DNA of 64,000 nucleotides from Minisyncoccia bacterium (lineage in GTDB: Bacteria; Patescibacteriota; Minisyncoccia; UBA6257; 2-01-FULL-56-20), in assembly GCA_050015515.1 (NCBI GenBank), contig JBEKBG010000003.1:6871-70870 (forward strand), in the 5' to 3' direction. A program made the position numbers and the translations under genes. Every line of letters begins with the position of its first letter. Position 1 is the first letter of the stretch. The notes under the pieces were generated by a model, which worked only from the letters and a program-made list of their open reading frames with translations, was not told the DNA's origin and made no database searches. Positions 41,452-51,340 of the stretch are shown piece after piece.

Positions 41452-42221
41452 TGAACACCATAACTATGCCCTCTAAAAAACTTTATTCCCAGGCCTCATC
41501 CGGCGATCTCGTGCTCGACAGCGATGGCGAAAAAGATAAGCGATATGTTTTAAAGCTACGCGACCTTCCCGCCGACGAAAAGCCGCGCGAGAAGTTGATC
41601 AAGTATGGGCCGTCGGTGCTTTCGCTCGCGGAGCTTTTTGCAGTGGTGCTGAACGTCGGCACGAAAAAAGAAGAAGTGCTCACGATGTCGCGTCGGTTAT
41701 TAAAAGAATATGGTGACAGCGCGATCGTCAACCAAAAAGATCCGGCGAAGATCAGAGAGCTGCTTGATATTCCGATAGGCAAAGCGTGTCAGGTTGTCGC
41801 GACCTTCGAGCTCGGCCGGCGATTCTTCAAGACACCGGACGGCAAGCGGCCGCTCGTGATCCGCACCGCGAGCCAGGTGTACGCATATCTTAAGGACATG
41901 CAGGATTTGCCGAAAGAGCACCTGCGCGGGTTGTATCTGGACGCGCACTATCAGCTGATCCACGACGAGGTCGTTTCCATCGGCACGCTCACGTCGAATA
42001 TCATCCATCCGCGCGAAGTGTTCCGCCCCGCGCTCGAGTATTCTGCATCGGCAGTGATCCTCGCGCACAACCATCCCTCCGGCGTGGCAAAACCAAGCGA
42101 CGCGGACATTCTTATTACGAAGCAGATCGTCGAGGCCGGAAAGATCCTCGGCATCTCGCTCCTCGACCATGTGATCATCACCAAGAACAAGTTCGAGAGC
42201 GTGCCGGTGGAATATAGCTAG
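41451..42221 (+). CDS. radC: RadC-like JAB/MPN domain protein (UPF0758)
   Basis: JAMM motif HNHPSG and Ser/Asp downstream; TAATG overlap with kinase stop. Confidence 0.85.
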   Translation: MNTITMPSKKLYSQASSGDLVLDSDGEKDKRYVLKLRDLPADEKPREKLIKYGPSVLSLAELFAVVLNVGTKKEEVLTMSRRLLKEYGDSAIVNQKDPAKIRELLDIPIGKACQVVATFELGRRFFKTPDGKRPLVIRTASQVYAYLKDMQDLPKEHLRGLYLDAHYQLIHDEVVSIGTLTSNIIHPREVFRPALEYSASAVILAHNHPSGVAKPSDADILITKQIVEAGKILGISLLDHVIITKNKFESVPVEYS

Positions 42222-42245
42222 GGGATAGTAGTGCTATAATTGAGC

Positions 42246-43775
42246 ATGGTTATAATTCTTAATTTCGGAAGTCAGTTTGCGCATCTCATAGCTAGGAGAG
42301 TTCGAGAACTCGGCGTCAAAGCTGAGATTTTACCCTTTGACGCATCGCTTAAACAAATAGCATCGCTTAGTCCCGTAGGTATTATTCTTTCTGGTAGCCC
42401 TGCTTCAGTTTTAGAGAAAGGAAGTCCGCGCCCCAGCAAGGGCATTTTTAATTTAGGAATTCCGGTGTTGGGGATCTGTTACGGAGAACAAGTGATGGCG
42501 TATATGTTCAATGGCAAAGTTCAAAAAGGCGATCACAGAGAGTTTGGTAAGGAAACGCTAAGGATTTCATCAAATCCGTTGTTTAAAGGATTAAATCACA
42601 ATGAAGTAGTATGGTTCTCGCACGGCGATCAAGTAACGAAGTTGCCGAATGGGTTTATCGCTATCGCTTCAACTAACGGATGTCGTTATGCAGGAATGAC
42701 GAATATAAAACAGAATCTATTTGCGATTCAATTCCATCCCGAAGTGACTCATACACAACACGGGAAAACGGTTCTTTCGAATTTCCTTTTTCAAATATGT
42801 AACGCGCCAAAAGATTGGAAGCTCGGTAAGGTTTTACCGGAACTTGAAGCGTCTCTTAGCAAGACGGTCGGAAAGGAACATGTGGTAGTTGGCATTTCTG
42901 GGGGTGTCGACTCTCTTGTCGCCGCGACTCTTTTATATAAAGCTATCGGAAAACAATTACACGCAGTGTTTGTTGATACGGGATTGCTTCGTAAAAACGA
43001 AGTTGAAGCAGTCTCCCGCTCTTTGCGTAAACAAGGATTTAAAAACCTTCATGTGATTGATGCGCGAACCATCTTTTTAAAAAGATTGAAAGGCAAGATC
43101 GACCCGGAAGAGAAACGGAAAATCATTGGTCATACGTTTATCGAAGTATTTCAAACAACGATTAAAAAGGAACTTAAAAGATATCCAATAAAATTCTTAG
43201 CGCAAGGAACTATTTATCCCGACCGCATTGAGTCGGCTGAAGCGTCGAAAAACGCCTCCAAGATAAAGAGTCATCATAATCTAACTCTTCCAGAAACATT
43301 GAGCCTAAAAATTCTTGAACCATTAAAGGATTTTTATAAGGACGAAGTAAGGGAGTTGGGCGCATTGCTTGGATTACCAAAAGAACTTCTCTGGAGGCAT
43401 CCCTTTCCTGGACCTGGGCTTGCCGTGAGGATTGTGGGAGAGATAACGCCTGAACGTTTGAATATTTTACGAGAGGCGGATGCCGTTTTTCTTGATGAAT
43501 TGAAAAAAGGAGGAGAATACGAAAAGATTTGGCAGGCATTTGCCGTTCTTCTTCCTCTGCGAAGCGTTGGTGTAATGGGGGATTCAAGGACATATGAATA
43601 TATGATCGCTTTGCGGGCGGTAGATTCCGTGGATGGTATGACTGCGGATTGGCATAAAATCCCTCCCCAATTATTGGAACGCATTTCCAGTCGCATAGTT
43701 GGAGAGGTAGGGGGCGTCAATAGAGTGCTCTACGATATTACCCAAAAACCTCCCGCGACGATTGAATACGAGTAA
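42246..43775 (+). CDS. guaA: GMP synthase (glutamine-hydrolysing); noticeably lower GC than neighbours
   Basis: class I GATase Cys (GICYGEQ), ATP-PPase SGGVDS motif, C-terminal dimerisation domain; TATAAT 6 nt upstream of ATG. Confidence 0.95.
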   Translation: MVIILNFGSQFAHLIARRVRELGVKAEILPFDASLKQIASLSPVGIILSGSPASVLEKGSPRPSKGIFNLGIPVLGICYGEQVMAYMFNGKVQKGDHREFGKETLRISSNPLFKGLNHNEVVWFSHGDQVTKLPNGFIAIASTNGCRYAGMTNIKQNLFAIQFHPEVTHTQHGKTVLSNFLFQICNAPKDWKLGKVLPELEASLSKTVGKEHVVVGISGGVDSLVAATLLYKAIGKQLHAVFVDTGLLRKNEVEAVSRSLRKQGFKNLHVIDARTIFLKRLKGKIDPEEKRKIIGHTFIEVFQTTIKKELKRYPIKFLAQGTIYPDRIESAEASKNASKIKSHHNLTLPETLSLKILEPLKDFYKDEVRELGALLGLPKELLWRHPFPGPGLAVRIVGEITPERLNILREADAVFLDELKKGGEYEKIWQAFAVLLPLRSVGVMGDSRTYEYMIALRAVDSVDGMTADWHKIPPQLLERISSRIVGEVGGVNRVLYDITQKPPATIEYE

Positions 43776-43808
43776 TCTTCCCCTCCTCTTTTTTGCTATA
43801 ATTCCCTC

Positions 43809-45461
43809 ATGGTGGGTTTCTCACGTCTCACAAAGATACAGAGAGTGATTCTCGTGCTCTTCATCTTCGTCGTCTTTCTTTATTGCTTCAATCAGTTTGC
43901 GAGTGCTGACACTTTTTACGATTTGCGGGCAGGGCAGCTGATCTGGCAGACGGGACAGATTCCTCACGCCGACGTTTTCTCTTTCACCGCTACAGGCGCG
44001 GAGTGGATTCCCCACGAGTGGCTTGCCCAGCTTATTTTTTATGGTGTTCAGTCGGCAATAGGGTTTTGGGGGCTTATGGCATTTGTGGCGGCACTTGCGG
44101 CTGGCGCATATTATCTTTTGTTCTCTCTTGCGATGCGGAAAGGAGCCAATTTTTATATTACTTTGCTGGTGCTTTTTGCAAGCGGAGCCGCCGGATTTAC
44201 GTTTTGGATCCCGCGTCCGCAGTCGATCGTCTTCCTATTGTGCGTTGCGCTCGTTTATCTGCTTGAGCGCTACCGAATCCGTCCGCGTGTAAGATATCTC
44301 TATGGAGCGGTGCTTCTCGTTCTCTTATGGGCCAACATCAATGCGAGCGTTATGCTCGCGATCGGCATCATCGCACTTTTTCTCGTCGCGGGCATTGCCA
44401 ACGAACGGCGATGGTCACCGCCGCTAAAATATCTTTTATGTACGTTGCTTGCGTCGGTGGGCATGGCGTTCGTGAATCCAAGCGGCTATAAGATATTTAC
44501 GTATGGGCTTATTATCTTGCCTTCTATCAAAGCGTTCGGTGTCTCCGAGTGGCAACCACTCACCGCGTATTGGGCTGGATGGGATACGAAAGTATTCGTT
44601 GTAGCGATCATCGCGGCGGCGCTTTTTCTTGTTTGGCGGCTTGGCAGGAAGGCGCCACGCGACTGGGTTTGGATCGCGCTTGTCGTCGCCACGGCCATCG
44701 CTCCGTTCATCGCCGCACGTTATCTTATCTTCTGGTCGCTCTTTGTGGTTCCGCCACTTGCATGGGTCGTTTCCGATGCGGCAAGAGATTTTCTTAATAA
44801 GATATCCCCGAAGCTATTTGTTGTTGCGGCGTTCATGATACTTGCCGTTTTGCTTATCGTTCGCTATGTCACATTCCCCGGCAATTATGTCGATGACGTT
44901 GCTTTGCCGGTACACGCTGCGAATTTTTTGGCAGAGAACGGCGCGCAGGGGAACGCGTTCAATGTGTATGCCCAAGGTGGTTATCTTTTATGGCGACTAT
45001 GGCCGCAGGTAAAGATCGCAATGGATGGGCGGTCGGAAGTATATCTTGGCGCGCCCACCGAGGAATATTATGCGATCCTCCATGATGCGCCGTCCGCGGC
45101 CGGACTCATCTCTCAAAAGTACAACATCCAATATTTTATTTTTCCCTATGATCCTGCGTTTCTCGCCGGCATTCATCCGCTCATTTCCTATCTGGAAAAA
45201 AATAACTGGCGACTGGTATGGTGGGACGACGGTGCGGTCGTTTTTGCAAAGGACGATCAACAGAACCAGACGTTTATAGCGAACTATGCCCTGCGGTACG
45301 TCGGTCCGTTCACGGATCCCTCGACGATCAACGCGACGGACACGCCGCTCGCGGTAACGGAACTACGCTCACTCATTGACCGCGCGCCGGATTCCGTAGT
45401 GGTAGCAGATTATATCAGCAGTTTTTTGGCAAGCCATCCGACGGCAGGGCTTTCACGATAA
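43809..45461 (+). CDS. large polytopic membrane protein, possibly GT-C-fold glycosyltransferase-like
   Basis: ~12 predicted TM segments, conserved Asp in first loop (FYDLRAGQ); function inferred weakly. Confidence 0.5.
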   Translation: MVGFSRLTKIQRVILVLFIFVVFLYCFNQFASADTFYDLRAGQLIWQTGQIPHADVFSFTATGAEWIPHEWLAQLIFYGVQSAIGFWGLMAFVAALAAGAYYLLFSLAMRKGANFYITLLVLFASGAAGFTFWIPRPQSIVFLLCVALVYLLERYRIRPRVRYLYGAVLLVLLWANINASVMLAIGIIALFLVAGIANERRWSPPLKYLLCTLLASVGMAFVNPSGYKIFTYGLIILPSIKAFGVSEWQPLTAYWAGWDTKVFVVAIIAAALFLVWRLGRKAPRDWVWIALVVATAIAPFIAARYLIFWSLFVVPPLAWVVSDAARDFLNKISPKLFVVAAFMILAVLLIVRYVTFPGNYVDDVALPVHAANFLAENGAQGNAFNVYAQGGYLLWRLWPQVKIAMDGRSEVYLGAPTEEYYAILHDAPSAAGLISQKYNIQYFIFPYDPAFLAGIHPLISYLEKNNWRLVWWDDGAVVFAKDDQQNQTFIANYALRYVGPFTDPSTINATDTPLAVTELRSLIDRAPDSVVVADYISSFLASHPTAGLSR

Positions 45462-45485
45462 TTTAATTTTTGTTACCATAGAGCC

Positions 45486-46235
45486 ATGGTTGAGTTCTCG
45501 CATCTGACGAAAGCCTATAAAAAACGGGTGGTCGTAGACGACTTCACGCTCTCCGTGGATGTACCGATATTCGGGTTTTTGGGGCAGAACGGGGCAGGGA
45601 AGACGACGATCATGAAGATGATCGTGGGACTGCTCGAGCCCACAAGCGGCACAATCACGATTGACGGGGCACTCTCGTCGCATCCTATTTTCAAGAAGAA
45701 ACTTGGCTACATGCCGGAGACGCCGTACTTTTATGAGCGCATGACGGGCATAGAGTTTTTACGTTTCTGCGACGAGCTTTTTGATAACAATAATAGCGGT
45801 ACGAGCCCGGCGGCGCGAACTTCTCACTATGAGGAACTTTTAAAGAAGGTTGGCATCTTTGCCGCACGCGATGCGGAGATTCGCACGTATTCCAAGGGCA
45901 TGCGCCAGCGCCTCGGCTTCGCGCAATCGCTCGTGAACGATCCGGAATATCTTTTCCTCGACGAGCCGCTTGACGGGCTTGATCCGATCGGCCGCCGCGA
46001 GATGAAAGAGGTGATGCTCGGTCTCAAGCAGGAGGGACGCAGGATATTTTTAAACACGCACATCCTCGCTGACGTGGAAGAGATCTGCGACGAGGTGGGG
46101 ATCGTGCATAAGGGAAAATTATTATACGCCGGTTCGGTAAAGGCGTTCTGTGCGGGCAAGCCGCTCGAGGAGCGATTTATGGAAGTCGTGCAGGCACACG
46201 AAACAGAGGCGCGTCTTGGACCATCCAAAAAATAA
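45486..46235 (+). CDS. ABC transporter ATP-binding protein (ABC-2/export type)
   Basis: Walker A GQNGAGKTT, signature SKGMRQRL, Walker B LFLDEP. Confidence 0.88.
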   Translation: MVEFSHLTKAYKKRVVVDDFTLSVDVPIFGFLGQNGAGKTTIMKMIVGLLEPTSGTITIDGALSSHPIFKKKLGYMPETPYFYERMTGIEFLRFCDELFDNNNSGTSPAARTSHYEELLKKVGIFAARDAEIRTYSKGMRQRLGFAQSLVNDPEYLFLDEPLDGLDPIGRREMKEVMLGLKQEGRRIFLNTHILADVEEICDEVGIVHKGKLLYAGSVKAFCAGKPLEERFMEVVQAHETEARLGPSKK

Positions 46236-46243
46236 TCCGCACC

Positions 46244-47008
46244 ATGAGAAATATCTTCATCATCGCAAAAAATACGCTCAAGCTCGAGATCCGCGACAAG
46301 ATCCTGTACGGCATCATCGTGTTCGGCCTGCTCTACGTGTTCTTCACGCTTTTTCTTGCCGACCTTGTGTTGAAAGAGCCTGCGATGGTCAAAGCCTTTG
46401 GGCTGACCGGCATCTATTTCTTTAACGCGATCATCGCGCTCTTCCTCGGCACGACGTCGTTCTTTAAAGACGTGGATCGTAAGGTGGTCTACTTCATCCT
46501 TTCAAAGCCGGTGTCGCGTGCGAAGTTCGTGCTGGGAAAATTCTTTGGGCTGTGCATGGTACTGCTCCTCACGAGCGCGATACTCGGCGTGGCGTACGTG
46601 GGCGTGGTGATGTATGAACACGCGGGATTTGACTGGATCGGGCTCACCGCCATCGCGATGCAGTTCCTCGAGATGGCGCTCTTCCTCGCGTTCGCAATAT
46701 TCGTCTCCACGTTTGCGAGCTCTTTGCTTTCCATCGTGTACACGTCCGGCGTATTCTTCCTTGGCCACATCGTAAGCCAGCTCGTAACCGACGCAAAGGC
46801 CATCGGCCTCGGCGGCATCAAGTTGTGGCTTGTGGAGATCCTCTATTATATTTTCCCGAACTTGGAGAAATTCGACGCCCGCGATTTTGCGATCCATGCG
46901 GTGCCTACGCCGTTCACCTCGTTTGCTTTCGCCGTCGCGTATGCGGCGGTGTACATCATTCTTTTGCTTTCCGCCGCCGTGTGGATATTCGATAAGAAAG
47001 AAATTTAA
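46244..47008 (+). CDS. ABC-2 family transporter permease
   Basis: 6 TM helices; immediately follows ATPase. Confidence 0.75.
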   Translation: MRNIFIIAKNTLKLEIRDKILYGIIVFGLLYVFFTLFLADLVLKEPAMVKAFGLTGIYFFNAIIALFLGTTSFFKDVDRKVVYFILSKPVSRAKFVLGKFFGLCMVLLLTSAILGVAYVGVVMYEHAGFDWIGLTAIAMQFLEMALFLAFAIFVSTFASSLLSIVYTSGVFFLGHIVSQLVTDAKAIGLGGIKLWLVEILYYIFPNLEKFDARDFAIHAVPTPFTSFAFAVAYAAVYIILLLSAAVWIFDKKEI

Positions 47009-47872
47009 ATGGCGCGGCTCAATAATCCGTTCGCGAAAATAATAACAGTGGGGTTGCTGCTCGCGCTCATCACGCTTTTGCAGCTTGAGTACGATGCGAC
47101 GAAGATCACGCTGCCCGCGTCGACTGTGCAGGAAGTGTCGCCGTTCATGGTGCGTTTGCTCGACATGGGATTCCATCCCGCCGTCGCGTCGTTCCTGTGG
47201 GCGACGACGATGCCGGAAATTTTGGACCTATGGAATAAAAAGACGGAATATTTTTCCGACCTCGCGTTCGTGAACGCAGTGGACCCGAAATTGAGCTACC
47301 CGTACGCGTTTTCGGTGCTGACGCTACCGGCGGTGCCGCCGGCCGATGATCCGCAGGCGGTGGCGCAGGCGGATGCGATCGGCGCGCAGGGGATCGCGCA
47401 CGGCGACGCCGATTGGCGCATTCCGTATTACATGGCAACGAACGAATTTTTATATGCCAAGGATGATATCGCTGCAGCGAAGTATTATAATCTTGCTGCC
47501 GAGACGCCGGGCATCCCGGCGTATGCGGAGCGGTTCTCCCTGAACTTTGGCATCGAGACGAACCAGCGGCAGAAGACGGAGCAGCTCTGGGAAACGATAA
47601 AGGATTCCACGAATGACCCGGACACGCAGGCGCGCGCGCAGGCGTACATCGACCACCTGCAGGATTTTGATTATCTGGACGCCGCGTCGGCGCAGTATAA
47701 AAAAGAGTTCGGCGCATATCCCACATCCACGGCGGAGCTCGTGGCGAAGGGGATCATTCCGTCCGTGCCCGTGGATCCGTTCGGGTTTACGTTCATAATT
47801 CAGAAGGACGGCACGTCGGCGATCGATCTGAACACGTTGCCGGCGTATATGTCTACGAGTACACTACAATAA
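47009..47872 (+). CDS. secreted hypothetical protein associated with the ABC transporter
   Basis: N-terminal signal/TM; 1-nt gap from permease stop. Confidence 0.45.
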   Translation: MARLNNPFAKIITVGLLLALITLLQLEYDATKITLPASTVQEVSPFMVRLLDMGFHPAVASFLWATTMPEILDLWNKKTEYFSDLAFVNAVDPKLSYPYAFSVLTLPAVPPADDPQAVAQADAIGAQGIAHGDADWRIPYYMATNEFLYAKDDIAAAKYYNLAAETPGIPAYAERFSLNFGIETNQRQKTEQLWETIKDSTNDPDTQARAQAYIDHLQDFDYLDAASAQYKKEFGAYPTSTAELVAKGIIPSVPVDPFGFTFIIQKDGTSAIDLNTLPAYMSTSTLQ

Positions 47873-48900
47873 TGAAACTCTCTCTTGGCATCGTCGGCCT
47901 TCCGAACGTGGGCAAATCCACGTTGTTCAAGATTTTAACGAAGCAGAATATCACGATCGCCAACTATCCATTTGCGACGATCGATCCGAACGTCGGCGTC
48001 GTTGCGGTTCCGGACGAGCGCTTGGAAAAACTGAACACACTCTCCGCGTCAAAAAAGAAGATTCCCGCCGTCGTGGAATTCTTCGACATCGCGGGCCTCG
48101 TGAAAGGCGCGAACAAAGGCGAGGGCTTGGGCAACGCGTTCTTGGATGATATCCAACTGACACAGGCCATCGTGATGGTGGTGCGCGCGTTTGAGAACCC
48201 GGACATCATCCATGTGGACAATTCCGTGGACCCGGTGCGCGACATCGATGTGATCAATCTGGAGCTGATGCTGAAGGACCTCGCCGCAGTGGATAAGCGC
48301 CTCGTGCGCACGGAGGCGGAGGCGCGCGCGGGCAAGAAGGAGGCCCTGCACGACAAGGATCTTTTGGAGCGATTGAAGAAGTCGCTCGAGGGCGGCGTCC
48401 TGCCCGTGACCGACGTGGACCTCGTGCACGACGTCAAGCACGAGCCGCGGCTGAACGACCTGCGCCTGCTCACGATCAAGCGGCAGCTTTATCTTATCAA
48501 CGGGAAAGAATCAGATGTGTCGCCGGAGCTGCTCGTGAAGATCGCCGCGCTCGGTGCGGATTACCTCGTGAGCGACCTTTCGTCGCCGGAGGTGGAGTCG
48601 GTGGAGATCCCGTTGCTCGTCAAGAAGGCGTATCACGTGCTGGACCTCATCAGTTTTTTTACGACCGGCGAGGACGAGACGCGCGCGTGGACGATAGAGC
48701 GGGGGACGAAGGCGCCGCAGGCGGCCGGCGTCATTCACACCGACTTTGAGGAGAAATTCATCCGCATGGAGGTCGTCCCGACGGACAAGCTGCTCGAAGC
48801 CGGTGGTTGGAGCAAGGCAAAGCAAAAAGGATGGTTGCGCGTGGAGGGAAAGGAATATGTGGTGGCGGATGGGGATGTGGTGGAAGTGCGGCACGGGTAG
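47872..48900 (+). CDS. ychF: ribosome-binding ATPase YchF (Obg-like)
   Basis: G1 GLPNVGKST, G3/G4 motifs, C-terminal TGS domain. Confidence 0.92.
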   Translation: MKLSLGIVGLPNVGKSTLFKILTKQNITIANYPFATIDPNVGVVAVPDERLEKLNTLSASKKKIPAVVEFFDIAGLVKGANKGEGLGNAFLDDIQLTQAIVMVVRAFENPDIIHVDNSVDPVRDIDVINLELMLKDLAAVDKRLVRTEAEARAGKKEALHDKDLLERLKKSLEGGVLPVTDVDLVHDVKHEPRLNDLRLLTIKRQLYLINGKESDVSPELLVKIAALGADYLVSDLSSPEVESVEIPLLVKKAYHVLDLISFFTTGEDETRAWTIERGTKAPQAAGVIHTDFEEKFIRMEVVPTDKLLEAGGWSKAKQKGWLRVEGKEYVVADGDVVEVRHG

Positions 48901-49319
48901 AATAAAAAAAGAGCCCACAACCATTATCTGGTTGCAGGCTCGGGAGCGGATAAGCATGAATAGCGTTGATAGTCTCCGTCTTGATCTGCGTATCAATAGA
49001 GACGTCGCACTCTTCTTCCGCCAATGACGATGCATCGATTTGGGACGATACGATGAGTCGCTCGTCGGCGGCGACCGTGTTCTCTTTTACTGCCACACTG
49101 AGCGCCTCGTGCGCAGCTTTCTTCGAGCAGAACACGATGCTGTGCTCGCCGGTCGCGGTAACAATTCTGCCGTGATGCTCGCATCCGCAAACCTCAAAAT
49201 AGGCTGCCGAACGAATGAGCATTCCTCCACCTCGCTTGATGCAATATAATATATTAGAAGTGGTATGTCAAATTACGATTACGCGATGGAACTCGTTAAG
49301 CGTCTGCTATAATTCTTCT

Positions 49320-49967
49320 ATGCGCGCCTTTCCAAAGTCGGTCATCAAGGAATTTCCCGATGAGTTTTCAATATTCAAAAAGCTGCAGAGCACTGCTGCC
49401 ATCCAAGATTTTGTGAATGGGCTAGAGATGAACTTCACCGGGCGGCGGCACACGTACGCGTCGCCACTCGTGGTGTTAGAAACCGGAAAGGCGCATTGCA
49501 TGGAAGGTGCGATGCTCGCCGCTGCCGCGTTGTGGCATCTCGGCTATCCGCCGCTACTCCTCGATCTCAAGACCACCGCGCATGACGACGATCACGTGGT
49601 CGCGCTCTTCAAAGAGAGTGGGCGATGGGGCGCGATCAGCAAGACAAATCATGCCGTCTTGCGGTACCGCGACCCGGTCTACCGCGACCCGCGCGAGCTC
49701 GCAATGTCGTACTTCAACGAATATTTTTTGGACTCGGGCGTAAAAACGATGCGCGGCTACTCCGCGCCGTTCGATCTTTTGCAGTGCCGCGCGGCGCACG
49801 GCGACGAATGGCTCACCTCGCGCGGGGATCTTTCTGCGATTGCGGAAGCGCTTGATTTTTCTCGCCATTTTGAGATTTTTAAAAAAGGCGCCGCGCCCCG
49901 TTTGCGCCGCGCCGATCGGATTGAGATTGAGGCGGGTAAGATCGTAGAGTGGAAGAATAAGGGTTAA
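49320..49967 (+). CDS. transglutaminase-like putative cysteine peptidase fold protein
   Basis: candidate Cys-His-Asp arrangement (GKAHCMEGAML...HDDDHVVALF); TATAAT 6 nt upstream of ATG 49320. Confidence 0.4.
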   Translation: MRAFPKSVIKEFPDEFSIFKKLQSTAAIQDFVNGLEMNFTGRRHTYASPLVVLETGKAHCMEGAMLAAAALWHLGYPPLLLDLKTTAHDDDHVVALFKESGRWGAISKTNHAVLRYRDPVYRDPRELAMSYFNEYFLDSGVKTMRGYSAPFDLLQCRAAHGDEWLTSRGDLSAIAEALDFSRHFEIFKKGAAPRLRRADRIEIEAGKIVEWKNKG

Positions 49968-50028
49968 CTATGCTCGAATCCCGGAAAGCGTTTCCAACGG
50001 ATTCAGCACCGCGTCGGCGGATTACAAT

Positions 50029-51234
50029 GTGACGATTAATATCGCGCCAATTTCGATCACTGCGGTGGCGGACAATAAGGTGTATGACGGGACGACTAAC
50101 GCCTCGGTGACGCTTACCGTGAACGGCGCGGTGCTTGGCGATGAGCTGACCGCGACCGGCACCGCTTCGTTCGATACCGCCGATGTCGGCGTGGGCAAGA
50201 CGGTGACGGTGAGTGGCATCGTGCTCGAGGGCGCGAATGCATCAAATTACGCCTATAGCGATACGGCGACCACGACTGCAGATATCACGAAGGCAGATCC
50301 GGTGGTCACGGTTATCCCGTATTCGGTGGATTACGATGGCGTCCCGCATTCTGCTTCCGGCACCGCGACCGGCGTGCTAGGAGAATCCCTGGACGGACTC
50401 AATCTCTCGAGCACTACGCACACCGCGGCAGGGACGTATAATACGGACCCGTGGACCTTTACCGACGCGGCTGGCAACTACAATGACGCATCGGGAACGG
50501 TCTCCGATGTGATTGGCCAAGTGACCGAACCGGTCACCCTAAATGGGCTCAGCCAAACGTTCAATGGCGCACCGGAATCGGTAAGCGCATCGACCACATT
50601 AAACGGCCTTCAGATCGATGTGACCTACAACGGCTCGACAACGGCGCCGACAAACGCGGGCAGCTACGCCATCGTCGCGTCCATCAATGATCCGAATTAC
50701 ACGGGTACCGCGACGGGAACGCTCGTTATCGCGCCCGCGATTCCGCAAGTTGTCAATATCGGCGGCAGCAGTGGCGGCGGCGGAGGAGGTGGTGGGGGTG
50801 GGGGTTTCTTTAACCCCACAATTTCCACCAGCACCAACAACGGAGGCGGATTGGTTCTCGGCGCTTCATCCACGAACACCGCCGGACTTCTGCAAACCCT
50901 TTTGAATCTTGAGCAACAGCTCGTTGTCCTTGAGTTCAAAGCAAACAGCTGCTCCGTCAGCTTCAATAAGAACCTCTCAAAGGGGATGACCGATCCTGAC
51001 GTGAAACATCTTCAGATGGTGCTTAATTTCACCTCGCTTACACAGGTGGCGGCAACCGGCCCCGGTTCTCCGGGCAATGAGAGCACATATTTCGGTAGCG
51101 CGACAAAGAACGCGGTGATCGCCTTCCAGAATATCTTTGCCGATCAGATATTGACGCCGAACGGGCTCACGTCCGGCACCGGATATGTCGGTTCCGCCAC
51201 GCGCGCGGTACTGAACAATCTTTGCGGAGAGTAA
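50029..51234 (+). CDS. MBG/YDG-repeat adhesin fragment with poly-Gly linker and C-terminal peptidoglycan-binding domain; likely 5'-truncated remnant
   Basis: KVYDGTT YDG-repeat signatures; G13 run; PG_binding_1-like C-terminus; in-frame repeat-like sequence continues upstream to a stop at 49945 with no ATG. Confidence 0.6.
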   Translation: MTINIAPISITAVADNKVYDGTTNASVTLTVNGAVLGDELTATGTASFDTADVGVGKTVTVSGIVLEGANASNYAYSDTATTTADITKADPVVTVIPYSVDYDGVPHSASGTATGVLGESLDGLNLSSTTHTAAGTYNTDPWTFTDAAGNYNDASGTVSDVIGQVTEPVTLNGLSQTFNGAPESVSASTTLNGLQIDVTYNGSTTAPTNAGSYAIVASINDPNYTGTATGTLVIAPAIPQVVNIGGSSGGGGGGGGGGGFFNPTISTSTNNGGGLVLGASSTNTAGLLQTLLNLEQQLVVLEFKANSCSVSFNKNLSKGMTDPDVKHLQMVLNFTSLTQVAATGPGSPGNESTYFGSATKNAVIAFQNIFADQILTPNGLTSGTGYVGSATRAVLNNLCGE

Positions 51235-51255
51235 AATACCGAGAAGTATAGAAAT

Positions 51256-51291
51256 AAAAACAGGCAGCTCGTTTTCGAGCTGCCTGTTTTT
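51256..51291. terminator. bidirectional rho-independent terminator
   Basis: aaaaacaggcagctcg-tttt-cgagctgcctgttttt perfect 14-bp stem with flanking A/T tracts. Confidence 0.7.
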
Positions 51292-51340
51292 GAGCGGGGG
51301 ATCCCGATCAGAGATCAGCGATCTCCTTGTGCGCAAAATC

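Noticed and set aside
50760-50815. G-rich run (ggcggcggaggaggtggtgggggtggggg) as a possible repeat or CRISPR-like array
   Set aside because: It is in-frame and encodes a Gly13 linker inside the adhesin ORF. There is no spacer-repeat periodicity anywhere in the window.
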